Shown here piece after piece: positions 1 to 11,484 of a stretch of DNA of 64,000 bases (positions are counted from its first letter, which is position 1; the number at the start of each line of letters is the position of its first letter). The notes below the pieces were generated by a model. That model did not search any database. It saw only the letters and a list, made by a program, of their open reading frames with translations, and was not told the DNA's origin. Location of the stretch: the NCBI GenBank assembly GCA_002269645.1, contig NIVC01003880.1:1-64000 (forward strand), given 5' to 3'. This stretch comes from Macrostomum lignano. Taxonomy: Eukaryota. A program made the translations under genes and the position numbers.

Positions 1-56
1 TTGTTGTTTGGGTTGTAGCTGTAGTTGGTGTTGTAGTTGTAGTTGTAGCTGTCGAC
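1..56 (-). other. Thr-rich coding-like fragment, probably a third, inverted paralog of the genes at 2823 and 7883, running off the window edge
   Basis: Reverse complement reads ttcag|tcgacagctacaactacaactacaacaccaactacagctacaacccaaacaacaa. This matches the end of the Thr-rich linker (...actacaactacaacccaaacaacaa) in both downstream copies and follows a possible ttcag acceptor. Confidence 0.45.
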
Positions 57-295
57 TGAATCCTTCGGGAACTTATGTCAATAAAACTCTCTTATTTGAA
101 GTAAATTCTTATAGAATGAACCACGTTAATACGGAGACTCTCTATAGCTTTCAGCGATCACACAAGTTGTAGCTGTGTGACTACATCATGCAATGGGTCG
201 GTATGGGACAGTGTCAGGCTTTTGGGCTCCTCCCAACTGCCGGAATGCAGATTCCAGAAGTTCGCAATCTGCACATGGGAATGCACGGTTGAGAA

Positions 296-1543
296 GGATC
301 TCGAGCATGCAGTCTCGCATCTGTGGGATCTCGAGCATGTGAGCATGCAGTCTCCTATCTGTCGGATCTCGAGCATGCAGTCTCCCATCTGTCAGATCTC
401 GAGCATGCAGTCTCCCATCTGTCGGATCTCGAGCATGCAGTCTCCTATCTGTCGGATCTCGAGCATGCAGTCTCCCATCTGTCAGATCTCGAGCATGCAG
501 TCTCCCATCTGTCGGATCTCGAGCATGCAGTCTCCCATCTGTCGGATCTCGAGCATGCAGTCTCCCATCTGTCGGATCTCGAGCATGCAGTCTCCTATCT
601 GTCGGATCTCGAGCATGCAGTCTCGCATCTGTGGGATCTCGAGCATGTGAGCATGCAGTCTCCTATCTGTCGGATCTCGAGCATGCAGTCTCCCATCTGT
701 CGGATCTCGAGCATGCAGTCTCCCATCTGTCAGATCTCGAGCATGTGAGCATGCAGTCTCCCATCTGTCAGATCTCGAGCATGTGAGCATGCAGTCTCCT
801 ATCTGTCGGATCTCGAGCATGCAGTCTCCCATCTGTCGATCTCGAGATGTGAGCATGCAGTCTCCATCTGTCAGATCTCGAGCATGTGAGCATGCAGTCT
901 CCTATCTGTCGGATCTCGAGCATGCAGTCTCCCATCTGTCAGATCTCGAGCATGCAGTCTCCTATCTGTCGGATCTCGAGCATGTGAGCATGCAGTCTCC
1001 TATCTGTCGGATCTCGAGCATGTGAGCATGCAGTCTCCTATCTGTCGGATCTCGAGCATGCAGTCTCCTATCTGTCGGATCTCGAGCATGTGAGCATGCA
1101 GTCTCCTATCTGTCGGATCTCGAGCATGTGAGCATGCAGTCTCCATCTGTCGGATCTCGAGCATGCAGTCTCCATCTGTCGGATCTCGAGCATGTGAGCA
1201 TGCAGTCTCCCATCTGTCGGATCTCGACATGTGAGCATGCAGTCTCCCATCTGTCGGATCTCGAACATGTGAGCATGCAGTCTCCATCTGTCGGATCTCG
1301 AACATGTGAGCATGCAGTCTCCCATCTGTCGGATCTCGAGCATGCAGTCTCCATCTGTCGGATCTCGAACATGTGAGCATGCAGTCTCCCATCTGTCGGA
1401 TCTCGAACATGTGAGCATGCAGTCTCCCATCTGTCGGATCTCGAACATGTGAGCATGCAGTCTCCCATCTGTCGGATCTCGAACATGTGAGCATGCAGTC
1501 TCCCATCTGTCGGATCTCGAGCATGCAGTCTTCCATCTGTCGG
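296..1543. repeat. Minisatellite, 30-bp unit gatctcgagcatgcagtctcccatctgtcg with ~38-bp variants carrying an extra catgtgag
   Basis: Direct inspection. All long ORFs here are periodic translations of the unit. Confidence 0.95.
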
Positions 1544-2822
1544 TCTGAGAGCCCAAGCGCAACATATGCGGCACGAGACCGAAGAGGTAGCAACATCAAG
1601 GCCGCCTGTCTGCCACCGTCAGCACCGTATATGCACTATAGAGCAGTTTCTGCGTTAGAGTCAAAGAAAGCGCTACCCTGTTAAATAGTTAAAGACATGT
1701 AAAGTCATGTTGAAGACATCTACATGTAAATGCAGCTCAGTTCAAAGCTACTTCGGCGCTGCCATCACAGGAGCCCAATATTTGCGTAATCACACGACTC
1801 GTTCACAAGCTGCTGTATCTTTGTACATCCTATGTGTGATTTCATGGCAGCGTGAACGAGCTATTGAGTCACATCACTGACGTAACAAGCAACAACAAAA
1901 GTGAAGAATATTACAGAGGCGAGGGAGATATTTTTAAGTGGTGTCCAATCGAAATTCTCTGTGCCAGTATCATCAGTGCTATTGGCAGCTCATTGACTAC
2001 CAAAATGGTCTCTGACAAGGTCAATTCACTAATAATTTTGTTTTTCTGGCTTTTAGAGGGCTTTTATATAACTTCCCGACGGATTCAGTCGATTCTTTGC
2101 CTGAAATCTCTCTTGCCTTAAATGCTTTGTCGCCCGTAGTGCCTTCAGTATGGTTCTGTCAGCAAGCCTAAAACTAGAAAGAAAATATGCACCACCCCCA
2201 ACACTGATGGCGCGCCAGGCATACCATGGGTCTCATTTAACATCAGCTTAAAATGGAAGAGCTGAAATATCGACCGCTAATGGATAGCCTTCCCTCAAAA
2301 GAGAAGTTCTTTGGGTAACGACGCTAAGTGCCTTCACGAATAGAGATTACTATAGAAAGTTTGCCAAGTCGTTTGTTGCAGAGCACCCATCCATTCTTAA
2401 GACTCGTCTCTCAGTAGACCGTGATAAGCCCCCCATTGGTAGAAATTTTTGTGGCACAGACTTTAACAAAAACTGAGTCTTTTTGCGTTTTCTAACATTT
2501 ACAGCTTTTATCTCCCCATCAGGAGTTATCCCCTCCCATTATCGCCTCCCATTTCAAGCTACGCTCGTACGCTACTGTGGCCTCTCGTTTCCCACTCTCG
2601 CTCCCCTCCTCTCTCACTCTCTCACATTTTCTCTCTGTCAGTTTGTTTCTCAAAGTTTCCATGGAAACATTAGGCAGGCCCCAAGACAATAGACTTTCCT
2701 ACTAAAGCAGAGTTTGACTGCATCGGGTCTGCGCTACTTCCCCAGTTTGTTGAGATTCTCAAGCTCACAGCCTCTCACTCAGTGCTGCCTTCTCATTCCT
2801 ACTTACTGGACGGCCTTCCAAA

Positions 2823-4380
2823 ATGTCCTTATCGAGCATTGCCGTCATCGTGGCCATCTGGAGCTCTCGAGCTGCCGGTGAGACCTTCGTCTTCGACAAG
2901 AGGCCGGACCTGTGCTTCGCGGAGGCGGCCCCGGCTGCTGGCGACCAGCGCAAAGTGCTCGGAGTTGTTGACTCTCGAGTGTGCGCGGTTGAGTGCGCGG
3001 TCAACACCAGTTTGTGCTCCGTCTACCAATACCTGCCTGGCAACAAATCCTGCGTCCTTGGCAACAGCTGCGACCTGCTGCTGAAGTGGCAGAGCACCGG
3101 CGGGCCGGCGTGCGACACGCAGACGCTTCGAGATCGGGCAGCGTGCGCGTCCACGAGCGACACTGCAGCCACAACTGCAGCCTCGACTGGAGCAGTTGCT
3201 ACTACAACTACAACTACAACACAACTACAACTACAACTACAACATCAACTACAACTACAACACCAACTACAACTACAACACCAACTACAACTACAACACC
3301 AACTACAACTACAACACCAACTACAACTACAACATCAACTACAACTACAACACCAACTACAACTACACACAACTACAACTACTACTACAACTACAACACC
3401 AACTACAACTACAACACCAACTACAACTACAACTACGACTACAACTACAACCCAAACAACAACCACTGCACAAACCGCATTTCATGGTAAGTTGAGCATG
3501 AGATCTTCCGATCTAAATGCCGGGTCATGGGTGCCATTAGCGAGCACTGTATCAGACTATAGCAATACAACATACGGAACTCCCTCCAGCTCCTCCGTCG
3601 GACTCGAGCAACCAAACTGGATCGGTGCAGACTTTCACTCCGCCGACCGACGGCTGCTATCGAATCTCGGCTTGGGGCGCCAGAGGCGGCAAGTCATCCG
3701 CTAACGCGAACGGCGGCAGAGGCGCATTCAAGAGCGCCAATTTCATGCTGACCACGTCGCAAGCTCTCACGCTTGTTGTTGGCAAGCCGGGAAACAGCGG
3801 CAGCAGCGGCGGAGGAGGCGGAGGAGGCGGAGGAGGCGGCAGCTTTGTGTACACAACCGGCCCCAACACGCTGCTGCTGGCGGCCGGTGGCGGAGGAGGC
3901 GGCGGCGCCGAGTCTTCCTCGTCGGTCGGTAAGGACGGAACAAGCAGCACCGGAGGCTCTTGCGACACATCCGACGGACAAGGCGGTGACGGAGACAGCA
4001 ACGATAACTCTGGCGCGGGCGGAGCTGGCTGGAGCTCAGACGGAGCAGCTCGAGCCACTGGCAATGGCGGAGGCCACGGTGGAAGAGGCATCGGCGGCAG
4101 CTGGGCCGGCGGCAACGCGGGAACCGGCAGCAACGGCTTCGGCGGCTTTGGCGGAGGCGGAGGAGGCGGCAACAACGATGGTGACAATGGAGGCGGCGGC
4201 GGAGGAGGCGGCTTCTCTGGCGGTTGTGGAGGATCCGGCGACAGCGATGACGGCTACGGAGGCAGCGGCGGCAGCTACGCGAGCTCATCCGGCAAGCAGG
4301 CCGCGGGAACGACAGGCGGCAACGGTGAAGTCTTCGGCAAGGTGAGCATCGCTCAGGTGGACGGCTCTCTGTGCAGTTAA
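2823..4380 (+). CDS. Secreted protein, copy 1: signal peptide + PAN/apple-like domain + Thr-rich mucin linker + ALK/LTK-type glycine-rich domain. Exons 2823-3486 and 3590-4380, ~484 aa
   Basis: Hydrophobic N-terminus MSLSSIAVIVAIWSSRA; PAN-like Cys pattern CAVECAVNTSLCSVYQY...SCVL. Donor CATG|gtaagt and acceptor tccctccag| join the two ORFs in frame (1455 nt). TGSVQTFTPPTDGCYRISAWGARGG...LTLVVGKPG...GGGGSFV...LLLAAGGGGG is the typical start of the Gly-rich domain. Confidence 0.85.
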
Positions 4381-4584
4381 CATGAGCGCGCACTGATACT
4401 CGTCATTTTTTATTGTTACAAACACTGGAAAACAATCAGCTTGCATACTTGCGCGACGGCTCTGCGCAAGAGGTGCACGGTGATGGGCGGCACTTCTCGA
4501 AAAAGTTCCCCTGCCCTATCCCGCGACCAAAGCGTGGTTAGTTACATCAGCCTAATTAAATATCTTACTACACTACACCTGTCC

Positions 4585-4797
4585 ACGGCTGTTCAGTGCA
4601 AGGACTGGGGGTCGCCACACACAGCCTCAATTACCCCAGCTAATGCTGGCACCCATTTTACAGCTGGGTGAACTGAAGCAATGCAGAGTTAAGTGTCTTG
4701 CTCAAAGACACGAATTGTTCCGAGTGGGTCAGGAATCGAACCCCCGACCTTTTAGTTGTGAGTCCAACGCTCCAACCTATAACCTAAGGCTACAACC
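4585..4797 (-). mobile_element. tRNA-derived SINE, partial copy
   Basis: Minus strand has a tRNA-like head with B box ggttcgattcc and the body caagacacttaactctgcattgcttcagttcacccagctgtaaaatggg shared with the copies at 17.2, 17.9 and 60.6 kb. Confidence 0.85.
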
Positions 4798-4907
4798 CAA
4801 CCTACCTGTCCTTTATTACGTACAGCACATTAGCGCTTATCCATTGAGAATTCCAAAGTAGTCATGGTCCAAAAATTGAGTATTGCGTATTAAATAAAAT
4901 TCTGACA

Positions 4908-7224
4908 ACAACAAACAACAAAATACGCTGTCAGGATGGCAAAAGTCAGCATCACAGGGCGCGCTTCATGGCTTGGGCGCGAACAAAGGCCGCACCACAG
5001 GCAGTGTCCGGGGCGCCGGCGTCAGCCAGCAGACAGTCGACATAACGCCGAGTTCGCGCTTGTCCTCGCCGGTAGGGTGCCTGCAGCGTGAGCAGCAGCA
5101 CCTCCTGCACCGGCTGTGGGCAGTACGACTCGGCGCGGATGAGATGGCCTGCGAGCTGGAGTCGCCGACGGCGCAGTAGATCGCTTGGACGTGGCAGGCC
5201 AGCGCGGCGATAGAGTGCCGCGTTGGTGACTCGCTCGACGCCGATGTTGAAGGCGACGCGCAGCAGGCCAGCGTGCGCCGCATCAACTTGCTGTTCGAGT
5301 GAGTCCGTCAGCGTCCAGGTCTCGGCGTTGTACAGCAGGACGGTCTCGATTACCGCCTGGAACAGCGCCGCCCTCTGGCGGTCCGGTAGGGCCTCGGACT
5401 GCAGGACTGCCCTCACAGAACGAAAGGCAGCCCAGGCAAGCCCGCGGCGGCGTCGCAGGTCCTCGCGAGCGTCTGGAACCAGACCGCCGAGGTAGACGAA
5501 CTGCTGACATCGCGGGAGTTCGGTCGCCTGCCCGTCAGTGCCTCGGCAGAATATTACAGTCTCGATGTCGTCCGGCACGCAGAGCACAACGGTCTTCTGC
5601 GTGTTGACCACCAGGCCGACGCTCGCCGCAACGGCAACTAGCGTGTCCAGCTGCCGTTGGGCGCCCTCGACGGTCGAGGACCGCAAGGCGAGGTCGTCGG
5701 CGTAGCCAAGCACGCTGAGCCGTTTCTCCGGTTGACGTCGACCCACGCGTCGCCGCAGCAGAAAACCGTCGTCGTCGGTAGGAAGAGCAATCCGCAGCAC
5801 CCAGTCAAGCACCAGGACGAACAGGAACGGCGCCAGCGTATCTCCCTGAAGCACTCCGGAGGATGTCTCAAAGGAGTCCGATAGGCCATCCGGTGTTGTC
5901 ACAGCAGCTGTCGTATCACGGTACATCGCCATGATGGCGGAGATCAGCTGCTTAGGCACGTTGTACGCGTGGAGCACCATTGGAAGCACGGCTCTGACAA
6001 CCGAGTCGAATGCCTTCTTGAAATCGATAAAGATTAGAATCAGGATCGACTGGCGAATCCGCGCCTCCTCGATGACTCGGCGAAGAGCCAGGATCTGCGC
6101 CACTGTGCCGCGATGGGGCCGGAACCCGTTCTGCTCTGGGCGCAGGTACGGATCCAGCACGGGCTGCAACCGCGAAAGCAGCATCCGGTTGAACAGCTTC
6201 GCTGCACAGGACTGAAGGCAGATGCCTCGATGGTCTTCAAGCCTAGTGGTGCCCGGCTTCTTTGGAACAGCGACGATGTGCGCCGATGTGTGCCGTGGTC
6301 CATTCGTTGGGCGCCGCCTCACCGAAGAGCACGCGGTTCATCACTCTAGCGACCTCAGCGGCCACACAGGGGATGCGCAGCGCCTCGATGGGCACCTCGT
6401 CCGGACCCAGCGCTTTCCCGCCCGGTGACTGCTGGCGAGCTTGACAACGTCGGCTGCGTTGACTGGGGCTACGCTGAAACTCTTCTCTGCCGGCAACGGC
6501 GTCTCCGGCGGCAGCGTCAGACTGTCTGGCAGCGGGGGTGGCGGCGCGTTAACGATGGCGGCGAAGAACTCGCGCAGCTCGTTCCTGCGCTCGTCCGGAG
6601 TGTCACCAGCCAGGTTCAGCGGATTGCGCCGCTTTCGCCCCGTCAGAGCGTTGATGGCGGACCAGGCCACGCGCTCTCTGGCATCGGGCCCAGCGGCAGA
6701 GACAGCCAGAATGGCGTCATCGACAGCCGCTTGTTGGCGCTGCAGGTAGACAGCCGCCAGAGCTGCCTCTGCCTCGCGGGTTGGTCGCCTGCTCAAGCGG
6801 AGCCTCTCCAGATCTTTCCTCGCTGCCTGAATCGCAGGGTCGTCCTGCCAGACCGGCTGCCCACGTTGAGCCGGTTGCATCATCGGGACTACTTGCTCCG
6901 CGGTGGTTCTGACTGCAGCGCACACTTCCGCATACTCGGCACTTCCACGCTTGTCGCCCAGCGCGGTGTTAAAGGCGCTAGCAAAGCGACGCTGCGTATC
7001 GGTGGCTCTGAGCGCGCGGTAGTAGCACCGCGGTGGCCGCTTCGGCGGACGGTAGAGCGGATCGCAAAGGTTGAGGTCGCAGATGAGGAGCCGGTGATCG
7101 GACCGCAGAGCCAGCGGCGTGATGGTGCGGCAGTTGACGGCGCGACGACGCTCACGGAAACGCACGAGCACGTGGTCGAGCTGTGCTTGTCTCCGGGTTG
7201 CGTACCTGCCACGCGCAGGAACGC
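4908..7224 (-). mobile_element. 5'-truncated non-LTR retrotransposon (RTE-like): C-terminal part of the APE endonuclease + reverse transcriptase, two frameshifts, 10-bp TSD
   Basis: QLDHVLV...SDHRLL (APE end), GKALGPDEVPIEAL, GVLQGDTLAPFLF, YADD and LLYNAETWTLT (RTE-like). Direct repeat aattctgaca at 4898-4907 and 7225-7234. TTG/TTTG tail at the 3' end. Confidence 0.93.
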
Positions 7225-7882
7225 AATTCTGACAGCTTGCTTTATATAGCTTCATCTTACCACTTCTAGTAGGCTAGTTGTAAAAATCCTCCAAGAAATG
7301 TACAAAGGCGACAAAAAAAGTAGAATCCGTGAATAGTAACCACGTGCGATGGCCGCATAAACGAGCTCTTAACATGGAGCTGGAAGTATTAAAATCACTT
7401 CTCCATAGTTGATAAGGAGCACTGATTAAAAAATTCGCTATTTAACGCAATAATTCTTTGAAATACGTGCGATGGTCAAAATGTGCGCTTGTACCCCAAA
7501 CTCGGTACTTTAGCGGCATCGATCAACTTATCCTCATGAGTAGAGATTTCTAAAGAGAACCATTTTTCCACGTCGTTTTTGCGGAGGACCCAACCCATTC
7601 CCACGACTGGTCTTTATTTTCTCCCCTCTCGCTCTACGTCCCACCTTTCCCCGCTCTCCCTCCCCTCCTTTCTCGCTCTCTCACATGTTTCCCTCTGTCA
7701 GTTTGTTTCTCAAAGTTTCAATGGAAACATTAGCCAGGCCCCAAGACAATAGACTTTCCTACTAAAGCAGAGTTTGACTGCATCGGGTCTGCGCTACTTC
7801 CCCAGTTTGTTGAGATTCTCAAGCTCACAGCCTCTCACTCAGTGCTGCCTTCTCATTCCTACTTACTGGACGGCCTTCCAAA

Positions 7883-9334
7883 ATGTCTTTATCGAGCATT
7901 GCCGTCATCGTGGCCATCTGGAGCTCTCGAGCTGCCGGTGAGACCTTCGTCTTCGACAAGAGGCCGGACCTGTGCTTCGCGGAGGCGGACCCGGCTGCTG
8001 GCCACCAGCGCAAAGTGCTCGGAGTTGTTGACTCTCGAGTGTGCGCGGTTGAGTGCGCGGTCAACACCAGCATGTGCTCCGTCTACCAATACCTGCCTGG
8101 CAACAAATCCTGCGTCCTTGGCAACAGCTGCGACCTGCTGCTGAAGTGGCAGAGCACTGGCGGGCCAGCGTGCGACACGCAGACGCTTCGAGATCGGGCA
8201 GCGTGCGGGACCACGAGCGACACTGCAGCCACAACTGCAGCCTCGACTGGAGCAGTTGCTACTACAACTACAACACCAACTACAACTACAACTACAACTA
8301 CTACTACAACTACAACACCAACTACAACTACAACTACAACTACAACACCAACTACAACTACAATACCAACTACAACTACAACACCAACTACAACTACAAC
8401 CCAAACAACAACCACTGCACAAACCGCATTTCATGGTAAGTTGAGCATGAGATCTTCCGATCTAAATGCCGGGTCATGGGTGCCATTAGCGAACACTGTA
8501 TCAGATTATAGCAATACAACACATGGAACTTCTTCCAGCTCCTCCGTCGGACTCGAGCAACCAAACTGGATCGGTGCAGACTTTCACTCCGCCGACCGAC
8601 GGCTGCTATCAAATCTCGGCTTGGGGCGCCAGAGGCGGCAAGTCATCCGCTAACGCGAACGGCGGCAGAGGCGCATTCAAGAGCGCCAATTTCATGCTGA
8701 CCACGTCGCAAACTCTCACGCTTGTTGTTGGCAAGCCGGGAAACAGCGGCAGCAGCGGTGGAGGAGGCGGAGGAGGAGGCAGCTTTGTGTACACAACCGG
8801 CCCCAACACGCTGCTGCTGGCGGCCGGTGGCGGAGGAGGCGGCGGCGCCGAGTCTTCCTCGTCGATCGGTAAGGACGGAACAAGCAGCACCGGAGGCTCT
8901 TGCGGCACATCCGACGGACAAGGCGGTGACGGAGACAGCAACGATAACTCTGGCGCGGGCGGAGCTGGCTGGAGCTCAGATGGAACAGCTCAAGCCACTG
9001 GCAATGGCGGAGGCCACGGTGGAAGAGGCATCGCGGCAGCTGGGCCGGCGGCAACGCGGGAACGGGCAGCAACGGCTTCGGCGGCTACGGCGGAGGTGGC
9101 GGAGGCGGCAACAACGATGGAGTCCCTCCTGACGGCCGCGGTGGAGGCGGCGGTGGAGGAGGCGGCTTCTCTGGCGGTTGCGGAGGATCCGGCGACAGCG
9201 ATGACGGCTACGGAGGCGGCGGTGGCAGCTACGCGAGCTCATCCGGCAAGCAGGCCACGGGAGCGACAGGCGGCAACGGTGAAGTCTTCGGCAAGGTGAA
9301 CATCGCTCAGGTGGTCGCCTCTCTGTGCAGTTAA
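7883..9334 (+). pseudogene. Copy 2 of the PAN-mucin-Gly-rich gene. Exons 7883-8435 and 8539-9334 with a 1-bp deletion near 9033 (pseudogene or assembly error)
   Basis: Near-identical to copy 1, including ~200 bp upstream and an equivalent 103-bp intron. Spliced length is 1349 nt (3n-1). ggcatcgcggc here versus ggcatcggcggc in copy 1; the downstream Gly-rich frame ends ...VASLCS* at 9334. Confidence 0.8.
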
Positions 9335-9769
9335 CATGAGCAGTCAGTCTTTTCTCATCGACATTATGCAGGCCAGATTATACTTACTGTACTTACTTTT
9401 TAAAGCTATTTAAACTTATTTAAACATGCTTACTTTCTCTATCGCAGCTACAGTAGTGCAGTTTCTATTGAAGATTCCTTTAGATTGCATATTAATGCAT
9501 ACATGTACTGTAGCTATGAAGTAGTATGCTCAGTAAAAATTTTTCTGTTCCTAATTGAACAAATATTGCCTCGTACAAGGAACTCCCGAATTTTTAAAGT
9601 TTTTTATCTCTGTCGTATTTATTTGTAATTAATTTTCTTCGCTTTTAAGCCTTAAATCTATACAACATATACAATAAGTTTAGATTGAAATAATAAAACA
9701 ACTCTATTTGACACAGCTCCTTAAGTTACGTCATTTCTGGCTATTTAGTTATTGTGAACTTTGTGCATT

Positions 9770-10113
9770 GTGAAGTTTGGATATTGTGGGTCTTGGATAT
9801 TTGTGAAGTTTGGTGGTTGTGAAGTTTGGATATTGTGAGTCTTGGATATTTGTGAAGTTTGGGGATTGTGAAGTTTGGATATTGTGGGTCTTGGATATTT
9901 GTGAAGTTTGGGGATTGTGAAGTTTGGATATTGTGAGTCTTGGATATTTGTGAAGTTTGGGGATTGTGAAGTTTGGATATTGTGGGTCTTGGATATTTGT
10001 GAAGTTTGGGGATTGTGAAGTTTGGATATTGTGGGTCTTGGATATTTGTGAAGTTTGGTGGTTGTGAAGTTTGGATATTGTGAGTCTTGGATATTTGTGA
10101 AGTTTGGGGATTG
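9770..10113. repeat. Minisatellite, 49-bp unit (gtgaagtttggatattgtgggtcttggatatttgtgaagtttggggatt)
   Basis: Direct inspection; the ORFs show a 49-aa period, equal to 3 x 49 nt. Confidence 0.9.
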
Positions 10114-10900
10114 TAGCTGCGCACTGCCCCACCTGGAAGACAAGCAAGATGAACTTCTTCCACCCTAGTCAGATCCTCATGCGCACTGCGAATTCACAGT
10201 CTCAATCGGTCGCACACGAAGCGCAGAAACTCTTAACTTCTCGATCGTTACATGTAGCTCTTTTAAATTGTCTGTCTAGTTGCCAAGGCCGTCTCTCTTG
10301 TTGGTCTTTGCATTGTCACCTTCGCCGTCCCAGACACTGCATGGAAGTCTTCCTTGCCTTGCGCCTCTGCACTTCATTTACTCATATAGAAGTGTACTAC
10401 TAGTATGTATGCATCTGCTGACGTGTGCTCCTAACACGTGATGAATTGCTTCCCATGGCCTTGCCGCAGCCTCCGCAAGGCCACTTTACCTACTCTTCTC
10501 TCTTAGTCTTTGCTGGTTCGATAGTTTCTTTTTGCAGTTGATCGCCTGGTTCTGCCAGCCAAGCTTGGCCCTTTCGTTCCATTGTTGCTTTGCATTGAGT
10601 GGCAGTGGCGGTTGGTTGCTCCCAATTCCTCTTGGCCAGGTTGTCTCGGGTTCCTCCCTACTTCCTATTCCACTTGCTCACAGGGCTGAGCAGGGGCCAC
10701 GGACCTCTTAGAGTCGCTTAGTTAGGGATGATTCTTACACGTACCTGTGTCCTTTCATAGGTACCACAGCAACTGGAATCCGCAGATGAAACTGCTGCAA
10801 TGCTTAGTAGCAGTAAGTCCCTAGTATCTGTGGTAGGTATGAGTACCCTGAGTAGCCTTTCCTCCACTTGTGGTCTTTTGAGCACAGTCAACAGGACCCT
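10110..10900 (-). mobile_element. Decayed non-LTR retrotransposon ORF1-like relic (Cys-finger and esterase-like fragments)
   Basis: Minus-strand fragments KWPCGGCGKAMGSNS (10443-10487) and EVHLACLPGGAVR (~10110-10160) resemble PHD-like and SGNH-esterase motifs of LINE proteins. Many stop codons. Confidence 0.3.
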
Positions 10901-11484
10901 GGTGTCTATTGCCTAATTTACACGTCGCTTGTATATGCACACAACCTGTGACATGCAATCTTATGAAGCAAATATTTAAAATTAATAAAAAACTCAAGCT
11001 TAAAATTCATACTTGGCAGGTTAATTAACAGGTAATTGACCGGTAATCCTTACATTGTATCTCAACAAGTGAACTGGCTAACAAGAAGCAATAAAAATGC
11101 CAGAGAGGACTACACTATAATAAGAAAAAATTAGAAAACACTAATGCCTAAATTGCAATCGTGAACCAAATTAGAAGCTAATCATTGGCACGAAGAAGAG
11201 TGTATAGAGTATTTTCAGCAACAGTATTTTACTAATAGTAGTCAGTTCGCAGTTTAACAGATTATTTAAACACTTTGGTAACAAAAACAGGTAAGTAGGG
11301 AAAGGCAAAGTCATAGAGAACTGTACACAACAGACAGCAAAGTTTAGTAGAAGGAAAACAGTTCCAAGAAAACAATATAGCCGAATGATGATGTGATGTT
11401 CCACATCCTTACATTCCTTACATTCAGGAGCTGTGACAGCACTTCAATAAATCCCCATTCCAATCAACTCCCTCACTTCCCCAC

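Noticed and set aside
158-1684. Many overlapping ORFs of 60-199 aa
   Set aside because: They are periodic translations of the 30/38-bp minisatellite, with no codon or domain signal.
3657-4393. Antisense and alternative-frame ORFs over the Gly-rich exon (also 8609-9242, 4966-7249, 49877-50976)
   Set aside because: Shadow ORFs of GC-rich coding DNA; the true frame has recognisable motifs.
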